A stretch of DNA of 64,000 nt from Terriglobia bacterium (GTDB lineage Bacteria > Acidobacteriota > Terriglobia > JAJPHL01 > JAPKYU01): positions 1,248,001 through 1,312,000 of the forward strand of contig CBDCVK010000010.1 in NCBI GenBank assembly GCA_965223005.1, given 5' to 3'. The notes beneath the pieces were generated by a model. That model was given only the letters and a program-made list of their open reading frames with translations, did not search any database and was not told the origin of the DNA. Shown here one piece after another: positions 29,770 to 40,686 of this stretch (position 1 is its first letter; each line of letters opens with the position of its first letter). A program made the position numbers and the translations under genes.

Positions 29770-30726
29770 ATGAGCGACCATCCCTACCAGTGGCGTCCCC
29801 TCGGATATGAAGTCCCTCAATTTCGCGAAGTGGCCGCAGCGCCACCGCAGCAGAGGTTGTGGCTGCACTTGTTGTTGTTTGGCCTGACGGTGCTGAGCAC
29901 ACTGGCCGTGGGCGCGCACCTGGCATCCAGCTACGCGAACAGGCAGCCGGCCTTCGATCTCCGACACATCTGGAACCCCTTCACTGACTTGTGGGGCCAA
30001 CCCGAACGTCTGCTGAACGGCTTCCCCTTCGCGCTGACTCTGCTCGGTATACTGCTGGCCCACGAAATGGGGCACTACTTTGCCTGCCGCTATTACGGAA
30101 TTGCCGCGACTTACCCCTACTTCGTTCCCGCGCCGACCATCTTTGGGACCATGGGCGCCTTCATTCGCATTCGCTCCCCGATCGTGAGCCGCCGCGCCCT
30201 GTTCGACATCGGCATCGCCGGGCCGCTGGTGGGCTTCTTTGTCGCGCTGCCAGTGCTGATCTTCGGGATCGCTGCCTCGCAGATGGTTCCGGCAGTGCAG
30301 GCGACCGGGACGGTGACCTTCGGCAATCCACCGCTGGTCACCCTGCTGGAGAAGGTGCTCCACCCGCACGTCGCCGAGCAGCACCTGTACTTTCACCCGG
30401 TGGCACGCGCTGCCTGGGTGGGCTTGTTTGCCACCGCCCTGAACCTACTGCCCATCGGCCAACTGGACGGCGGCCACATTCTGTATGCTCTGGTCGGGGA
30501 GAGACACCGCTTATATTCGCGCCTGTTCGTGCTGGCGCTGATCCCGCTCGGCTACCTCTACTGGTCTGGATGGTTGCTGTGGTCGGTGCTTCTATTGTTC
30601 TTGGGAACGCGCCACCCGGCGATCTTCGACCCGGTGCCTCTGGACCGCCGCCGCCGCTGGCTCTGTGCGGTTGCCCTGGTGGTCTTTCTGTTGTGCTTCA
30701 CCCCCAGCCCCCTCGTCGCCCGGTAA
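29770..30726 (+). CDS. Site-2 protease (M50)
   Basis: HEMGH, AGP, NLLPIGQLDGG. Confidence 0.92.
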   Translation: MSDHPYQWRPLGYEVPQFREVAAAPPQQRLWLHLLLFGLTVLSTLAVGAHLASSYANRQPAFDLRHIWNPFTDLWGQPERLLNGFPFALTLLGILLAHEMGHYFACRYYGIAATYPYFVPAPTIFGTMGAFIRIRSPIVSRRALFDIGIAGPLVGFFVALPVLIFGIAASQMVPAVQATGTVTFGNPPLVTLLEKVLHPHVAEQHLYFHPVARAAWVGLFATALNLLPIGQLDGGHILYALVGERHRLYSRLFVLALIPLGYLYWSGWLLWSVLLLFLGTRHPAIFDPVPLDRRRRWLCAVALVVFLLCFTPSPLVAR

Positions 30727-30827
30727 GGCAGTTTCCCAAGTCTCTTGCAAGACCATCGAACTCTTTCCGTAGTCCGAACCCCGCTCTTGACGCCGGACTT
30801 TGGATTCGAGCGGGTTGCGGCCGGACG

Positions 30828-33269
30828 CTACAGCAAGGTCAGCGGGTCCACGTCGACGACCATGGCGGTCGGGGGAAGCTGCTGGGCGCGGGCAAACGAG
30901 CGGCAATCTTCGAGCAAGCTGTGCAGGGTGCTGCGGCGCTGGGATTTCACCAGGAACTGGTAGCGGTACTCCTGTTTCAGCCGGGCCAGCGGTGCGGCTG
31001 CCGGTCCCAACACGCGCACGCCAGACCATTTGCCTTCCCCCAGGCGTTTGGCCAGCCCGCCGCTCCACTTCACCGCCAGCTCCAGCTTTGGGCTGCGTAT
31101 CAGGATGTTGGCCAGTGCGGAGAACGGCGGGTAATGCATCACCCGGCGGAATTGCAGCTCCTTCTGGTAGAAGGCGGCGTAGTCCTGGGCGGCGGCGCAG
31201 CGGATGGCGTAATGCTCGGGGAAATAGGTTTGGATGACGACAGCCCCGGGCAGCTCGCCGCGTCCGGCCCGTCCGGCCACCTGGGTGAGCAAGTGGAAGG
31301 TGCGCTCAGCGGCCCGGAAATCCGGCAACCCCAGGGCCACGTCGGCCGAGACCACCCCCACTAGCGTTACACGGTGGATGTCGTGGCCTTTGGCAATCAT
31401 CTGTGTGCCCACCAGGATGTCGTACCGGCCGTCGCGAAACTCAGCCAGTATGCGTTCGGACTGGCGCCGGCCACGGGCGGTGTCGCGGTCCAGGCGAACG
31501 ACGCGGGCGCCGGAGAAGCGCTCGGCCACCAGCGCTTCAATCTTCTCCGAGCCCTCGCCCAAAAAGTAGACATGTTCGCTCGAGCACTGTGGGCAAACTT
31601 TGGGCACCGCCGTCCAGTAGTCGCAGTAGTGGCACAGCAGGCGGTTTTCCCGACGGTGGTAGGTAAGCGCAATACTGCATTGGGTGCATTGCGCCGTCTG
31701 GCCACAGGAGCGACACAGCGCTACGGCCGCGTAGCCGCGCCGGTTCAGCAGCAGGATGACCTGCTGGCGGGCCTCGAGCCGCTGCCGAATTTGCTCCTCG
31801 AGCGAGCGCGAGAACACTTCGACCCTCCTGCGCTCCTGGAACTCGCCGCGCATGTCCACGACTTGCACCTCGGCCAGAGGCCGGCCTTCGACGCGCTCGC
31901 TCAGCTCCAACAGGCGAAACTTGCCGCTGGCGGCGTTGTAGCGGGATTCCAGGCTGGGGGTGGCTGAGCCCAGCAGCGCGACCGCCCCCGCGTCGCGTGC
32001 GCGCACCAGCGCTACATCCCGCCCGTTGTACCGCGGCGTCTCCTCCTGCTTGTAGCTGGGGTCCTGCTCCTCGTCCACGATGATGATCGCGGGCCGTTCC
32101 AGAGGGGAAAACACGGCCGAGCGCGTGCCGACCACTACCGGCGCTTCCCCCCGGTGGACACGGCGCCATTCTTGGCTGCGCTCGCGGCCACCAAAAGCGC
32201 TATGCAGGATGGCTACTCCGTCGCCGAACCGGGACCGGAACTGTTCGGCCATCGCCGGGGTGAGGGCGATTTCGGGAACCAGCATGAGCGCCCTGCCTCC
32301 ACGGCGGACCACATCGCCGATAGCCTCCAGATAAACTTCGGTCTTCCCGCTGCCGGTCACCCCATGGAGCAATGTGGCGGCGAAGCGGCGGCGCTCCAAC
32401 AGCTCACGAATAGTCTCCAGGGCTGCCTTCTGCCGCGGATTCAGCACGTGGGCACTGGGCTGAACGGTCACAGGAGTGGAGGTAGCAGTCGCCCCTGGGG
32501 GAGGCAGAAACGATAGCAAGCCGCGTTCGGCCATGCGGCGGAGCAGGACCGCAGGTACGCGAGCCCGAGCTGCCAGCTCGGCCGCCGGCACCGGCCCGCC
32601 GGTCGAGATCAATAGCTGCACCACGCGCTGCTCGCGTTTGCCGCTAGGTGTTGCCGGGTCGCGTGCCGCCTCGGGACTGGCCGGCAGCTCCACGAGCTTA
32701 TTCTGCCGCTCCGAGCGGGTGCGCGCTTCCGAAACACGCTCAACCACCCCATCCCGCTCCAGCTTGCGCAGGTCGGCTTCGGTCAGGCCAAAGCGACGGC
32801 GCAGGGAGGCTTCCGGCAACGCCCGCTCGCGCAATGCATCCGCCACCCGGGAAACAAAGCTGTGGCCTGCGGGCGTCAACCGGACCAGGCGACGTGTCTC
32901 CACCTCCACACCAAGTGGAAGCATCGCCCGGAAAACTTCTCCCTCAGGAGCCAGGTAGTAGTCCGCCACCCACCTGCCCAAGCGCAGTAGCTCCGGGCTG
33001 AGCACGGGCGAGGAGTCCAGCACGCGCTCGATCTCTTTGAGCTGATCTGGTTTGAGCCGCGCTGGTTTGAGTCGCTGCGGCGTGCGCCCGTCGGCGAGTG
33101 AACGCTGGGGTGCCTCCGTCACCACCCCGGTGAGCTTGCGAGCGCCCAACGGCACAATGACTCGCACGCCGGGAACCACCTGCGACTCGAGCGATGCGGG
33201 AACTCGATAGGTGAAGGATCCTTCCAATGGGACCGGGACGGCGACCTGGCACACTCTGGAGGACCGCAT
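30828..33269 (-). CDS. priA: Primosomal protein N'
   Basis: GVTGSGKT, DEEQD, SATPS, CxxC zinc motifs, QVAGRAGR. Confidence 0.96.
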   Translation of the reverse strand: MRSSRVCQVAVPVPLEGSFTYRVPASLESQVVPGVRVIVPLGARKLTGVVTEAPQRSLADGRTPQRLKPARLKPDQLKEIERVLDSSPVLSPELLRLGRWVADYYLAPEGEVFRAMLPLGVEVETRRLVRLTPAGHSFVSRVADALRERALPEASLRRRFGLTEADLRKLERDGVVERVSEARTRSERQNKLVELPASPEAARDPATPSGKREQRVVQLLISTGGPVPAAELAARARVPAVLLRRMAERGLLSFLPPPGATATSTPVTVQPSAHVLNPRQKAALETIRELLERRRFAATLLHGVTGSGKTEVYLEAIGDVVRRGGRALMLVPEIALTPAMAEQFRSRFGDGVAILHSAFGGRERSQEWRRVHRGEAPVVVGTRSAVFSPLERPAIIIVDEEQDPSYKQEETPRYNGRDVALVRARDAGAVALLGSATPSLESRYNAASGKFRLLELSERVEGRPLAEVQVVDMRGEFQERRRVEVFSRSLEEQIRQRLEARQQVILLLNRRGYAAVALCRSCGQTAQCTQCSIALTYHRRENRLLCHYCDYWTAVPKVCPQCSSEHVYFLGEGSEKIEALVAERFSGARVVRLDRDTARGRRQSERILAEFRDGRYDILVGTQMIAKGHDIHRVTLVGVVSADVALGLPDFRAAERTFHLLTQVAGRAGRGELPGAVVIQTYFPEHYAIRCAAAQDYAAFYQKELQFRRVMHYPPFSALANILIRSPKLELAVKWSGGLAKRLGEGKWSGVRVLGPAAAPLARLKQEYRYQFLVKSQRRSTLHSLLEDCRSFARAQQLPPTAMVVDVDPLTLL

Positions 33270-33464
33270 AGAACAAATTGATGATTTAGAAGGGAAAACG
33301 CAAACAACACAAGGTTGCTATTCTCATAGCTTATAGGAAACTAACAAAAACTGTCACCGACCTCCGGTTTTGTTGAGCTTGTGCAACGTTCCGTGCCGAA
33401 GGAAAGGCGTGAACGAATTGATGAAGAATTAATCAACACGGCATCAACGCTTGCCATACAGGCA

Positions 33465-34238
33465 TCAACGCTTGCCGTACAGGAAGCGCAGCAAGGTCTG
33501 CATGTCGTCCCAGGCCTCACGTTTCTTCGAAGGATCACGCAACAGGTAGGCGGGGTGGTAGGTGACCAACAGCTGAGCGCCGCGATACTCAAACCAGCGA
33601 CCCCGCAGCCGGGCCATAGACTCGTTATTGTTCAACAGGAAACGGACGGCAGTGGCGCCCAGGGCTACGATCGCCCGGGGCCGGATGGCGTCCAGTTGCC
33701 GCAGCAGGAACGGCGAGCAGGTTTCCACCTCCTCCCTCTCGGGCGTCCGGTTGTTGGGGGGCCGGCACTTGATGACGTTACAGATGTAGGTGTGCTCGCG
33801 CTGCAGCGGCACCTTCATCCGCGCCGCGCTATTGTTGATCATCTCGGTCAACAGTTGCCCGGCGCGTCCCACAAAGGGCAGCCCCTGCGCGTCCTCATCG
33901 GCGCCGGGCCCTTCGCCCACAAACACCACCTCAGCCTTCGGGTTGCCGCTGCCGAACACGATCGTGCTCCGACCGCGATGCAGCTTGCAACGTGTGCATT
34001 CGCCGAGGTCGGCGCGGACCTCTTCCAGGGTCTCCCGAGGTGTGACGACCTCGAACAGGTCTCTAGGAGGACCGACCGGTGCCCTCACTTGCCCCCCTGA
34101 GGGTTCGGAGATGGTAGGCACCCTGGCATCTTCGCCTGCCAAGCGCGGAACCGAGGGAGCCATCCGCCGGCGATAGAAGGTCTGAATCCCCAACTCCCGA
34201 TAGAAGCGGAACCGCTCTTGCCAATCATCGGCCAACAT
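33465..34238 (-). CDS. Uracil-DNA glycosylase family 4
   Basis: [31 protein letters not shown]. Confidence 0.92.
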   Translation of the reverse strand: MLADDWQERFRFYRELGIQTFYRRRMAPSVPRLAGEDARVPTISEPSGGQVRAPVGPPRDLFEVVTPRETLEEVRADLGECTRCKLHRGRSTIVFGSGNPKAEVVFVGEGPGADEDAQGLPFVGRAGQLLTEMINNSAARMKVPLQREHTYICNVIKCRPPNNRTPEREEVETCSPFLLRQLDAIRPRAIVALGATAVRFLLNNNESMARLRGRWFEYRGAQLLVTYHPAYLLRDPSKKREAWDDMQTLLRFLYGKR

Positions 34239-34290
34239 AATAAAGAATTACATGCAAAGTGTGAACGAGCCTTCACGGGGAAGTATGCAA

Positions 34291-35505
34291 TTAAGCTTTG
34301 GTTTTTAGGTCAAAAGTTTTCACTCTCAACTCTCGTACGGTGTCCAGGATGCGGTGTGCCAGTTCAGGCTTCGCCATCCGTGGCAATTCGGTCACGCCGT
34401 CGCGCGTCACCAGCACTGCACTGCTGAAGTCGGAGGCGAACACGCTTTGAGTCACGTCGTTTGCCACCACCAGGTCCAGATTTTTCTCCGTGAGTTTCCG
34501 CCGGGCCTGCTCCAGAAGATGCTCGGTTTCGGCGGCGAAACCCACCAGCAGGCGCGTGCCTTTGCGGCCGGAGACCGCCTTGAGAACGTCCGGGGTGCGC
34601 TCCAAGTGGAGCGTGAGCGGGCCCTCCCGTTTCTTGATCTTTTGGCGGCTGACTTGGGCCGCTCGATAGTCGGCAACCGCGGCCGCCTTGATCACCACCG
34701 TGGCCTCGTCCAGCCAAGCCAGCACCGCCTGCTCCATTTCCGCGGCGGTGCGCACCGACACGAACTCGACCCCGTCGGGCGGCCTCAGCGCCGTCGGCCC
34801 ACTGACCAGAATGGTGCGGGCACCGCGGCGGAAGGCAGCTTCCGCGACCGCATAGCCCATCTTGCCGCTTGACCGGTTGCTCAGGTAACGCACCGGGTCC
34901 AGCGGTTCCTGGGTGGGACCGGCGGTTACCAGCACCGTTTCTAGTTCCAGATCGCGTTGGACTCTCAGCATCTCCAGGGTGGCGGCCACGATGCTGGCCG
35001 GCGAGGCCAGGCGCCCAGCCCCGGTCATGCCGCAGGCCAGGTAGCCTTCGTCGGGCTCAACCACTCGTACCCCACGCGCGCGCAACCGCGCCAGATTGTC
35101 CTCGACCGTCGGGTGTTCCCACATCTGGACGTTCATCGCGGGCGCCACCAGGACAGGAGCCCGAGTGGCCAGATAGAGTGTGGTCAGGAAATCGTCGGCG
35201 ACCCCATGGGCCAACTTCCCCACAATATTCGCCGTCGCCGGTGCCACCACCAGCAGGTCGATCGATTGTGCCACGGCAATGTGCTCGATGGCGCTCTCGA
35301 TGTTGGCTTCCCCGCCCGGCTCGGCGAACAGGTCGGTAATCACTTTGCGCCCGGAGAGGGAGGCCAGCGTCAGAGGCGTAAGGAACTCGCGCGCGTGCCG
35401 GGTCATGACCACCTGCACCTCCAGCCCGTTCTGCTGGAGCTGGCGAATCAGCTCGGCGCTTTTATAAGCGGCGATGCCTCCCGAAACTCCTAGACAGACT
35501 TTCAT
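34291..35505 (-). CDS. coaBC: Phosphopantothenoylcysteine decarboxylase/ligase
   Basis: GGIAAYK, PAMN, TAGPT, NRSSGKMG, AAVADY, GFAAET. Confidence 0.96.
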   Translation of the reverse strand: MKVCLGVSGGIAAYKSAELIRQLQQNGLEVQVVMTRHAREFLTPLTLASLSGRKVITDLFAEPGGEANIESAIEHIAVAQSIDLLVVAPATANIVGKLAHGVADDFLTTLYLATRAPVLVAPAMNVQMWEHPTVEDNLARLRARGVRVVEPDEGYLACGMTGAGRLASPASIVAATLEMLRVQRDLELETVLVTAGPTQEPLDPVRYLSNRSSGKMGYAVAEAAFRRGARTILVSGPTALRPPDGVEFVSVRTAAEMEQAVLAWLDEATVVIKAAAVADYRAAQVSRQKIKKREGPLTLHLERTPDVLKAVSGRKGTRLLVGFAAETEHLLEQARRKLTEKNLDLVVANDVTQSVFASDFSSAVLVTRDGVTELPRMAKPELAHRILDTVRELRVKTFDLKTKA

Positions 35506-35519
35506 GCCGACACCAGGCG

Positions 35520-35732
35520 CTACTCCTCCGATTTCTCTGGCTCAGGATTTTCCGAAGCCTCCGAAGACTCAAAGGTCACCGCGCCTCCAAGGACCTCCTC
35601 TATGGCGATCCGTATTGCTTTCTTCGACGTTGTATGGATGTGCGGCTGCGAGCCTCCCTGCAGTTGACGCGTGCGGCGTGCCGCGGCATGCACGAAACGA
35701 AACTTGCTCTCCAAATCCTCGATGCGCTTCAC
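35520..35732 (-). CDS. rpoZ: RNA polymerase omega subunit
   Basis: SKFRFVHAAARRTRQL...IAIEEV; GTGA overlap with gmk stop; gmk-rpoZ-coaBC synteny. Confidence 0.85.
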   Translation of the reverse strand: MKRIEDLESKFRFVHAAARRTRQLQGGSQPHIHTTSKKAIRIAIEEVLGGAVTFESSEASENPEPEKSEE

Positions 35733-36427
35733 TCGGTGATTGCCTCCCTGAAAGTTTTTTGGATGGGTCCTACGGCCGGGGCGACATTTCGCGTCCGGCA
35801 GCCCTCGGCCAGCTCGAACCAGCGCTGGACCTGTGCGTCGCCCGGCCGGCCGTCTGGGCACTTCTTCCAGCGGGCGGCCAGCACGATGGCGCACAACTGC
35901 TCGGTGGATCGATCCACCGCATCATTGATGATGAGGTAATCATAGTTGGGGAACTTCTCGATCTCGGCGACCGCCCGGCGCAGCCGGTACTCAATTGCCT
36001 GCTGGGAATCCTCGCCGCGGCGACGCAATCGGGTCTCCAGCGTCTGTCGGGAAGGCGGCAAAATGAAGATGGCCTGCGCCTCGGGCAGCCGTTGTTTGAT
36101 CTGCCCAGCGCCTTGGACGTCAATATCCAGCACTAGGTCGTGGTCGAGTTGCTGCGCCACGTCCAGAAAACGGCGTGGCGTGCCGTAGAAGTCCTTTCCG
36201 AACACTTCGGCCCACTCAATAAATTCCCCGCGCTCGATCATCTGCTGGAATTGCTCACGCGCCACGAAATAATAGTGCTTCCCGTCCTGCTCCAGACCCC
36301 GCGGCTCGCGGGTCGTGTAGGAAACGGAAAAGACCAGATTTGGCACCGCAGTCAACAACCTGTCGAGCAGCGTGGACTTTCCCGAGCCCGACGGCGCCGA
36401 AACGATAAAGATGCTGATCTGCGACAT
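35729..36427 (-). CDS. gmk: Guanylate kinase
   Basis: APSGSGKST, SYTTREPR, YGT, DIDVQGA. Confidence 0.95.
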   Translation of the reverse strand: MSQISIFIVSAPSGSGKSTLLDRLLTAVPNLVFSVSYTTREPRGLEQDGKHYYFVAREQFQQMIERGEFIEWAEVFGKDFYGTPRRFLDVAQQLDHDLVLDIDVQGAGQIKQRLPEAQAIFILPPSRQTLETRLRRRGEDSQQAIEYRLRRAVAEIEKFPNYDYLIINDAVDRSTEQLCAIVLAARWKKCPDGRPGDAQVQRWFELAEGCRTRNVAPAVGPIQKTFREAITE

Positions 36428-36442
36428 GCCCCGTCCTGGCTC

Positions 36443-37348
36443 TTACTGTAGATTTTGTACCTGCTCGCGAAGCTTTTCAATCTCGGCTTTCAACCGCAGT
36501 GCCAGTCCGGTGATCTTCAGGCCTGCCTCGCCCAGCCCGGATGTCTTGGCCAGGACGGTGTTCGCCTCGCGGTTCATCTCCTGCAGCAGGAAGTCCAGGC
36601 GCTTGCCCGCCTCGCCGGATTCCTCGGGCGAGTGGAGCAAGTCGTGGAACTGCTGCCGGTGACTTTTCAGGCGCAGTAACTCCTCGCTGACGTCGCTGCG
36701 CTCGGCCAGCAGTGCGGCCTCCTGGACCAGCCGCTCGGGAGGCAGGTGGTCGGCCAGCAGCTCGCCCAGGCGTTCGCGGAGGCGCTCCAGGCAGAGGGGC
36801 TCAGCGTCGGCGCGCAGGCGTTCAATCTCTTCGGTGACGCGACCGACCTCCTCCAGGCGTGCGCTCATCTCTGCGGCAATGTTCCGGCCTTCCTCGGCGC
36901 GCATGGCGTCCAGCCGCCCTAGCGCTTCCAACAGCGTCTCGAGCACCAGCGTCTCCATCCCCTGCTCCTCAGCCGATCCTGGCAGTGCCGGAACGTAGCG
37001 GACCGCGCCGGGCACTTTCAGGATCGTGCTCAGATCAGGTTCCGCCGAAAGCCCAAACTCGCTGCGCAGGCGGCTGTAGGCTTCCAGGTAGGCGCCGACC
37101 AGCGCTCGGTCCATGTGAACCTCCACGCCGCCATCCCGTTCCAGCACCACCGTGACGTCCAAATGGCCGCGCCGCAGATGCTGGCGCATCATGCGCCGCA
37201 CCTTGGGCTCCAGCGGCTCCAGCTCCGCGGACAGCTTCAGACGCATGTCCAGAAAGCGGTGATTGACGCTTTTCACCCTCACGGTGACGGCCACTGTGTC
37301 GGTGCGGCGGGAGGCCGCCGCATAGCCGGTCATACTGCGCAGCATCAA
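36443..37348 (-). CDS. YicC/YloC family endoribonuclease
   Basis: SMTGY, SVNHRFLD, GKRLDFLLQEMNREANT, REQVQN. Confidence 0.93.
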   Translation of the reverse strand: MMLRSMTGYAAASRRTDTVAVTVRVKSVNHRFLDMRLKLSAELEPLEPKVRRMMRQHLRRGHLDVTVVLERDGGVEVHMDRALVGAYLEAYSRLRSEFGLSAEPDLSTILKVPGAVRYVPALPGSAEEQGMETLVLETLLEALGRLDAMRAEEGRNIAAEMSARLEEVGRVTEEIERLRADAEPLCLERLRERLGELLADHLPPERLVQEAALLAERSDVSEELLRLKSHRQQFHDLLHSPEESGEAGKRLDFLLQEMNREANTVLAKTSGLGEAGLKITGLALRLKAEIEKLREQVQNLQ

Positions 37349-37438
37349 GAACAGGTGTCAGGTTTCCGAGGTCAGGTGTTCGGCCGGAAACGGGTTGCTC
37401 GCCAGACTTTGAACCTTGGACCCAGGACGTGATCCGGC

Positions 37439-39250
37439 TCAGGCGTCCACAAACTGCAACTGGTGGAGCCGGCGGTAGACACCCCCGCTCTCCAACAATT
37501 CTGCGTGCGTGCCCACCTCTACAATTGTACCACGGTCGAGTACCACAATCTTGTCGGCGCGCCGGACAGTGGCCAGCCGGTGGGCAATGACGAACACAGT
37601 GCGGCCGATCATCAGGTTTCCCAGCGCCTTCTGCACAAGGAGCTCCGACTCGCTATCGAGCTCAGAAGTGGCTTCGTCCAGGATCAGGATCGGGGGGTTT
37701 TTCAGCAGAGCGCGCGCTATCGCTAGGCGTTGACGCTGCCCGCCACTGAGCCGGGCGCCGCGTTCCCCGATCACGGTGTCGTAGCCACGGGGGAGCTGGA
37801 GGATGAACTCGTGAGCCATCGCCGCCCGCGCCGCGGCGAAAACCTGCTCGTCAGGCGTGTCGGCTCGGCCATAGCAGATGTTGTTCCGAACCGTCTCGTC
37901 GAACAGGAAGGTCTCCTGGGTGACCATGCCGATCTGGGCCCGCAGCGAGGCCAGCGTCAGGTCACGCACGTCGTGCCCGTCAATGAGCACCCCCCCGGCG
38001 GTCGTGTCGTAGAAGCGGGGAATCAGGTTGACCAGGCTGGTCTTCCCTACCCCGCTGGGTCCCACAATGGCCACCACCTCACCCCGCTCGGCCCGCAGGT
38101 GAATGCGACCCAACAGGGGCTGTTCCCGCTCATAGTGAAACGAGACATGATCGAAGACCACTGCCTCGCGGAAGGGTGGCAGCTGGATGGCTCCCGCTTT
38201 CTCGCGTACTCCCTCGCGGACGTCCAGGTACTGGAAGACCTTGGCCGAAGCGCCCAGCGCCTGCTGGAAAGCATTGCTGATGCCGGTGAGGCGCTTCACC
38301 GGCTCGTACATCTTCAGCAGCGCGTAGATAAATACCAGGAAGGCGCCCGGCGTCAGCACGTCGGCCTTGATGCGGTCGCGCCCTACCCACAACAACAACA
38401 CGATCATCAACGCCCCCAGCAACTCCATCAGCGGCGAAGTCAACGCCTGCGCGCGCACGTACCGCAGGTTCACCCGGAATAAACGCCGGGCCGCTTCACG
38501 AAACCGGCCCAGTTCGAACTTCTCCATGGCGAAGGCCTTCACAATGCGGATGCCGCTGATGGTTTCCTGAAGAATTTGACTGATCTCGGCCACGTTATCT
38601 TGGGTCTTGCGGGTCGAGCGGCGCACGCGGCGGCCAATCTTAGTCGCGGTGTAGAACACCACGGCAACCAGCAGGGGCAAGGCAACCAAGGCCAGCTTTG
38701 CGTCCAGCAGTAGCAGCACCGCGACCATTCCCATCAGGGTGAAGCTCTGGCGCAGGAAATCAGCTAGCACGTGCGACACCGCCAGCTGGATCTTTTCGAT
38801 GTCGTTGACGATGGCCGACATCAACCGGCCTGTGGCCTCCCCTTGGAAGAAGCGCAACGGCTGGTGAATGACCTTCTCGTAAAGTTGGTTCCGCAGATCG
38901 GTCACCACCGCAAAGCCGATGTAGTTGACCAGGTAGCTGGCCAGGTATTCGCAGATGGCCTTGCCCAGGGTGACCACCACGATCACCACCGCCACCACGG
39001 TCCAGGCGTTGTGGATCCAGTCGGGAACGAACATCCGCAGGTCCAGCGAACGCTCCCAGATGGGCACGCTCTTCACCAGCATGACCGCATCATCAGGCGA
39101 GCGGGGATTCAGAACGCGGTCAAAGACAGGACCGATCAGCAGCGCCGTGAGGGCTTCAAAAGCGCCTACCCCCGCCATCAACACCACCGAGATCAAGAGG
39201 CGGAACCAGTAGGGGCGGACGTACCGCAGCAGGCGGAACAACTCCGACAT
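37439..39250 (-). CDS. msbA: ABC exporter, MsbA-like
   Basis: TM domain + GPSGVGKT, LSGGQRQR, ILDEATS. Confidence 0.8.
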   Translation of the reverse strand: MSELFRLLRYVRPYWFRLLISVVLMAGVGAFEALTALLIGPVFDRVLNPRSPDDAVMLVKSVPIWERSLDLRMFVPDWIHNAWTVVAVVIVVVTLGKAICEYLASYLVNYIGFAVVTDLRNQLYEKVIHQPLRFFQGEATGRLMSAIVNDIEKIQLAVSHVLADFLRQSFTLMGMVAVLLLLDAKLALVALPLLVAVVFYTATKIGRRVRRSTRKTQDNVAEISQILQETISGIRIVKAFAMEKFELGRFREAARRLFRVNLRYVRAQALTSPLMELLGALMIVLLLWVGRDRIKADVLTPGAFLVFIYALLKMYEPVKRLTGISNAFQQALGASAKVFQYLDVREGVREKAGAIQLPPFREAVVFDHVSFHYEREQPLLGRIHLRAERGEVVAIVGPSGVGKTSLVNLIPRFYDTTAGGVLIDGHDVRDLTLASLRAQIGMVTQETFLFDETVRNNICYGRADTPDEQVFAAARAAMAHEFILQLPRGYDTVIGERGARLSGGQRQRLAIARALLKNPPILILDEATSELDSESELLVQKALGNLMIGRTVFVIAHRLATVRRADKIVVLDRGTIVEVGTHAELLESGGVYRRLHQLQFVDA

Positions 39251-39286
39251 CTAGCCACTATTCTAGCAGACCGCCAAGGTGGCCAC

Positions 39287-39844
39287 TTAGCCGGAAAACA
39301 GCGCTTCTTCCACGGGGTGGTACACGAGTTGGCCGGCATCGACCTGTGCGCCAGCGGTGAGCCGATGCGAACGAGTTTGGCCGGACCCCAGGATGTGGAG
39401 GACCTGCCAGCCGCGCACGGTAAGGAAGTCGGAGAGCAGCATGCGGTGGCAGCGCCAATAGAGGCGCTCCGCGCACAGGTAGGCGGTGGTGCGGGCCCCG
39501 GCCAGGCTCATCAGCTCGCGGGGAGCCAGTTGGAATTCGGAAGTGCTCATGTGGTCGGCGTAGTTGCGGAAGCCCGTGACCCGTAGACCGGTGTGCGGCG
39601 AGTCTGGCCGCAGCGCCCGGCGGTAGCCTCCCAGCTCGCGAAACCAGTGGTATTCAATGCCTGCCGCGGTCACCGCCGCCTCGAGCGCCTCACGGGAAAA
39701 CCAGGGGTGGCGGCGTGAGGCGGGGAAGCTACGAATGTCGGCCAGCAGGCGGATGCCAAACTCGGCCAGCAACGCCAGCAATTGTCCCTGCGCCTGCGTG
39801 GAATGCCCGACCGTATAGACCACCGAACCGGCCGACGAACCCAT
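39287..39844 (-). CDS. DUF488 family protein
   Basis: YTVGHS, DIRSFP, LGG, CAE...CHR. Confidence 0.88.
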   Translation of the reverse strand: MGSSAGSVVYTVGHSTQAQGQLLALLAEFGIRLLADIRSFPASRRHPWFSREALEAAVTAAGIEYHWFRELGGYRRALRPDSPHTGLRVTGFRNYADHMSTSEFQLAPRELMSLAGARTTAYLCAERLYWRCHRMLLSDFLTVRGWQVLHILGSGQTRSHRLTAGAQVDAGQLVYHPVEEALFSG

Positions 39845-39855
39845 TTTACTCTGGT

Positions 39856-40662
39856 TCACGGCGTGGGAAGTGGCGCCGCGTAGACCCCCTGAAAAACCTC
39901 GCCGAAAGCGCGCACCAGCGCCGGATGAATCAAGCCGTTGGAAGCCACAAGAGTCTCGCTGCTCAAGCTGTAGGGACCGCCGCGCATGTCGGTGACGCGC
40001 CCGCCAGCTTCGCTCACCAGCACCATGCCGGCGGCAACGTCCCAGGGGTTGAGGTGGAACTCCCAGAAGGCATCCATGCGGCCGCAGGCCACGTAGCAAA
40101 GATCCAGGGCGGCCGAGCCGGCCCGGCGCACCCCGTGGCTGACCATGTTGAGCTGGTAGTAGAAGTGAATGTTGGGGTTCTCGTGCCGGCGGCGCGCGGG
40201 GAAGCCGGTAGACAGCAGGGAGTGTGAAAGAGCGGCTATAGACGAGACCCGGATGGGGCGGTTGTTGAGCCAAGCGCCGGCTCCCTTCTCCGCAGTAAAC
40301 AGCTCGTCGCGTATCGGGTCGTAAACCACGCCCACCACACCCTCGCCGGCCCGCTCCAACCCGATCGAAACACAAAAGAAGGGGAAGCTGTGGGCAAAGT
40401 TAGTGGTGCCGTCCACCGGGTCCACGTACCAGCAGTAGGGCGAATCGCTGGCATGACCACCCCCTTCCTCAGCGACGATGGCGTGGTCAGGGAAATGAGC
40501 GCGCAGGCGCTCGACAATCAGGCGCTCCGAGGCACGGTCGGCCTCGGTCACTATGTCCACTCCGTCCTTGTACTCGACACGCACGCGCCGCTCGAAGATG
40601 GGCAGCAGCAGGCCGCCCGCAGCGCGCGCAATCTCGATGGCCGTAGTGAGGAAGTCAGGCAT
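39856..40662 (-). CDS. suhB: Inositol monophosphatase family protein
   Basis: VTEAD, DPVDGTTNF, GSAALD, WDVAAG. Confidence 0.9.
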   Translation of the reverse strand: MPDFLTTAIEIARAAGGLLLPIFERRVRVEYKDGVDIVTEADRASERLIVERLRAHFPDHAIVAEEGGGHASDSPYCWYVDPVDGTTNFAHSFPFFCVSIGLERAGEGVVGVVYDPIRDELFTAEKGAGAWLNNRPIRVSSIAALSHSLLSTGFPARRRHENPNIHFYYQLNMVSHGVRRAGSAALDLCYVACGRMDAFWEFHLNPWDVAAGMVLVSEAGGRVTDMRGGPYSLSSETLVASNGLIHPALVRAFGEVFQGVYAAPLPTP

Positions 40663-40686
40663 CCAGGTCAGGTTTGGGAGCGGAGT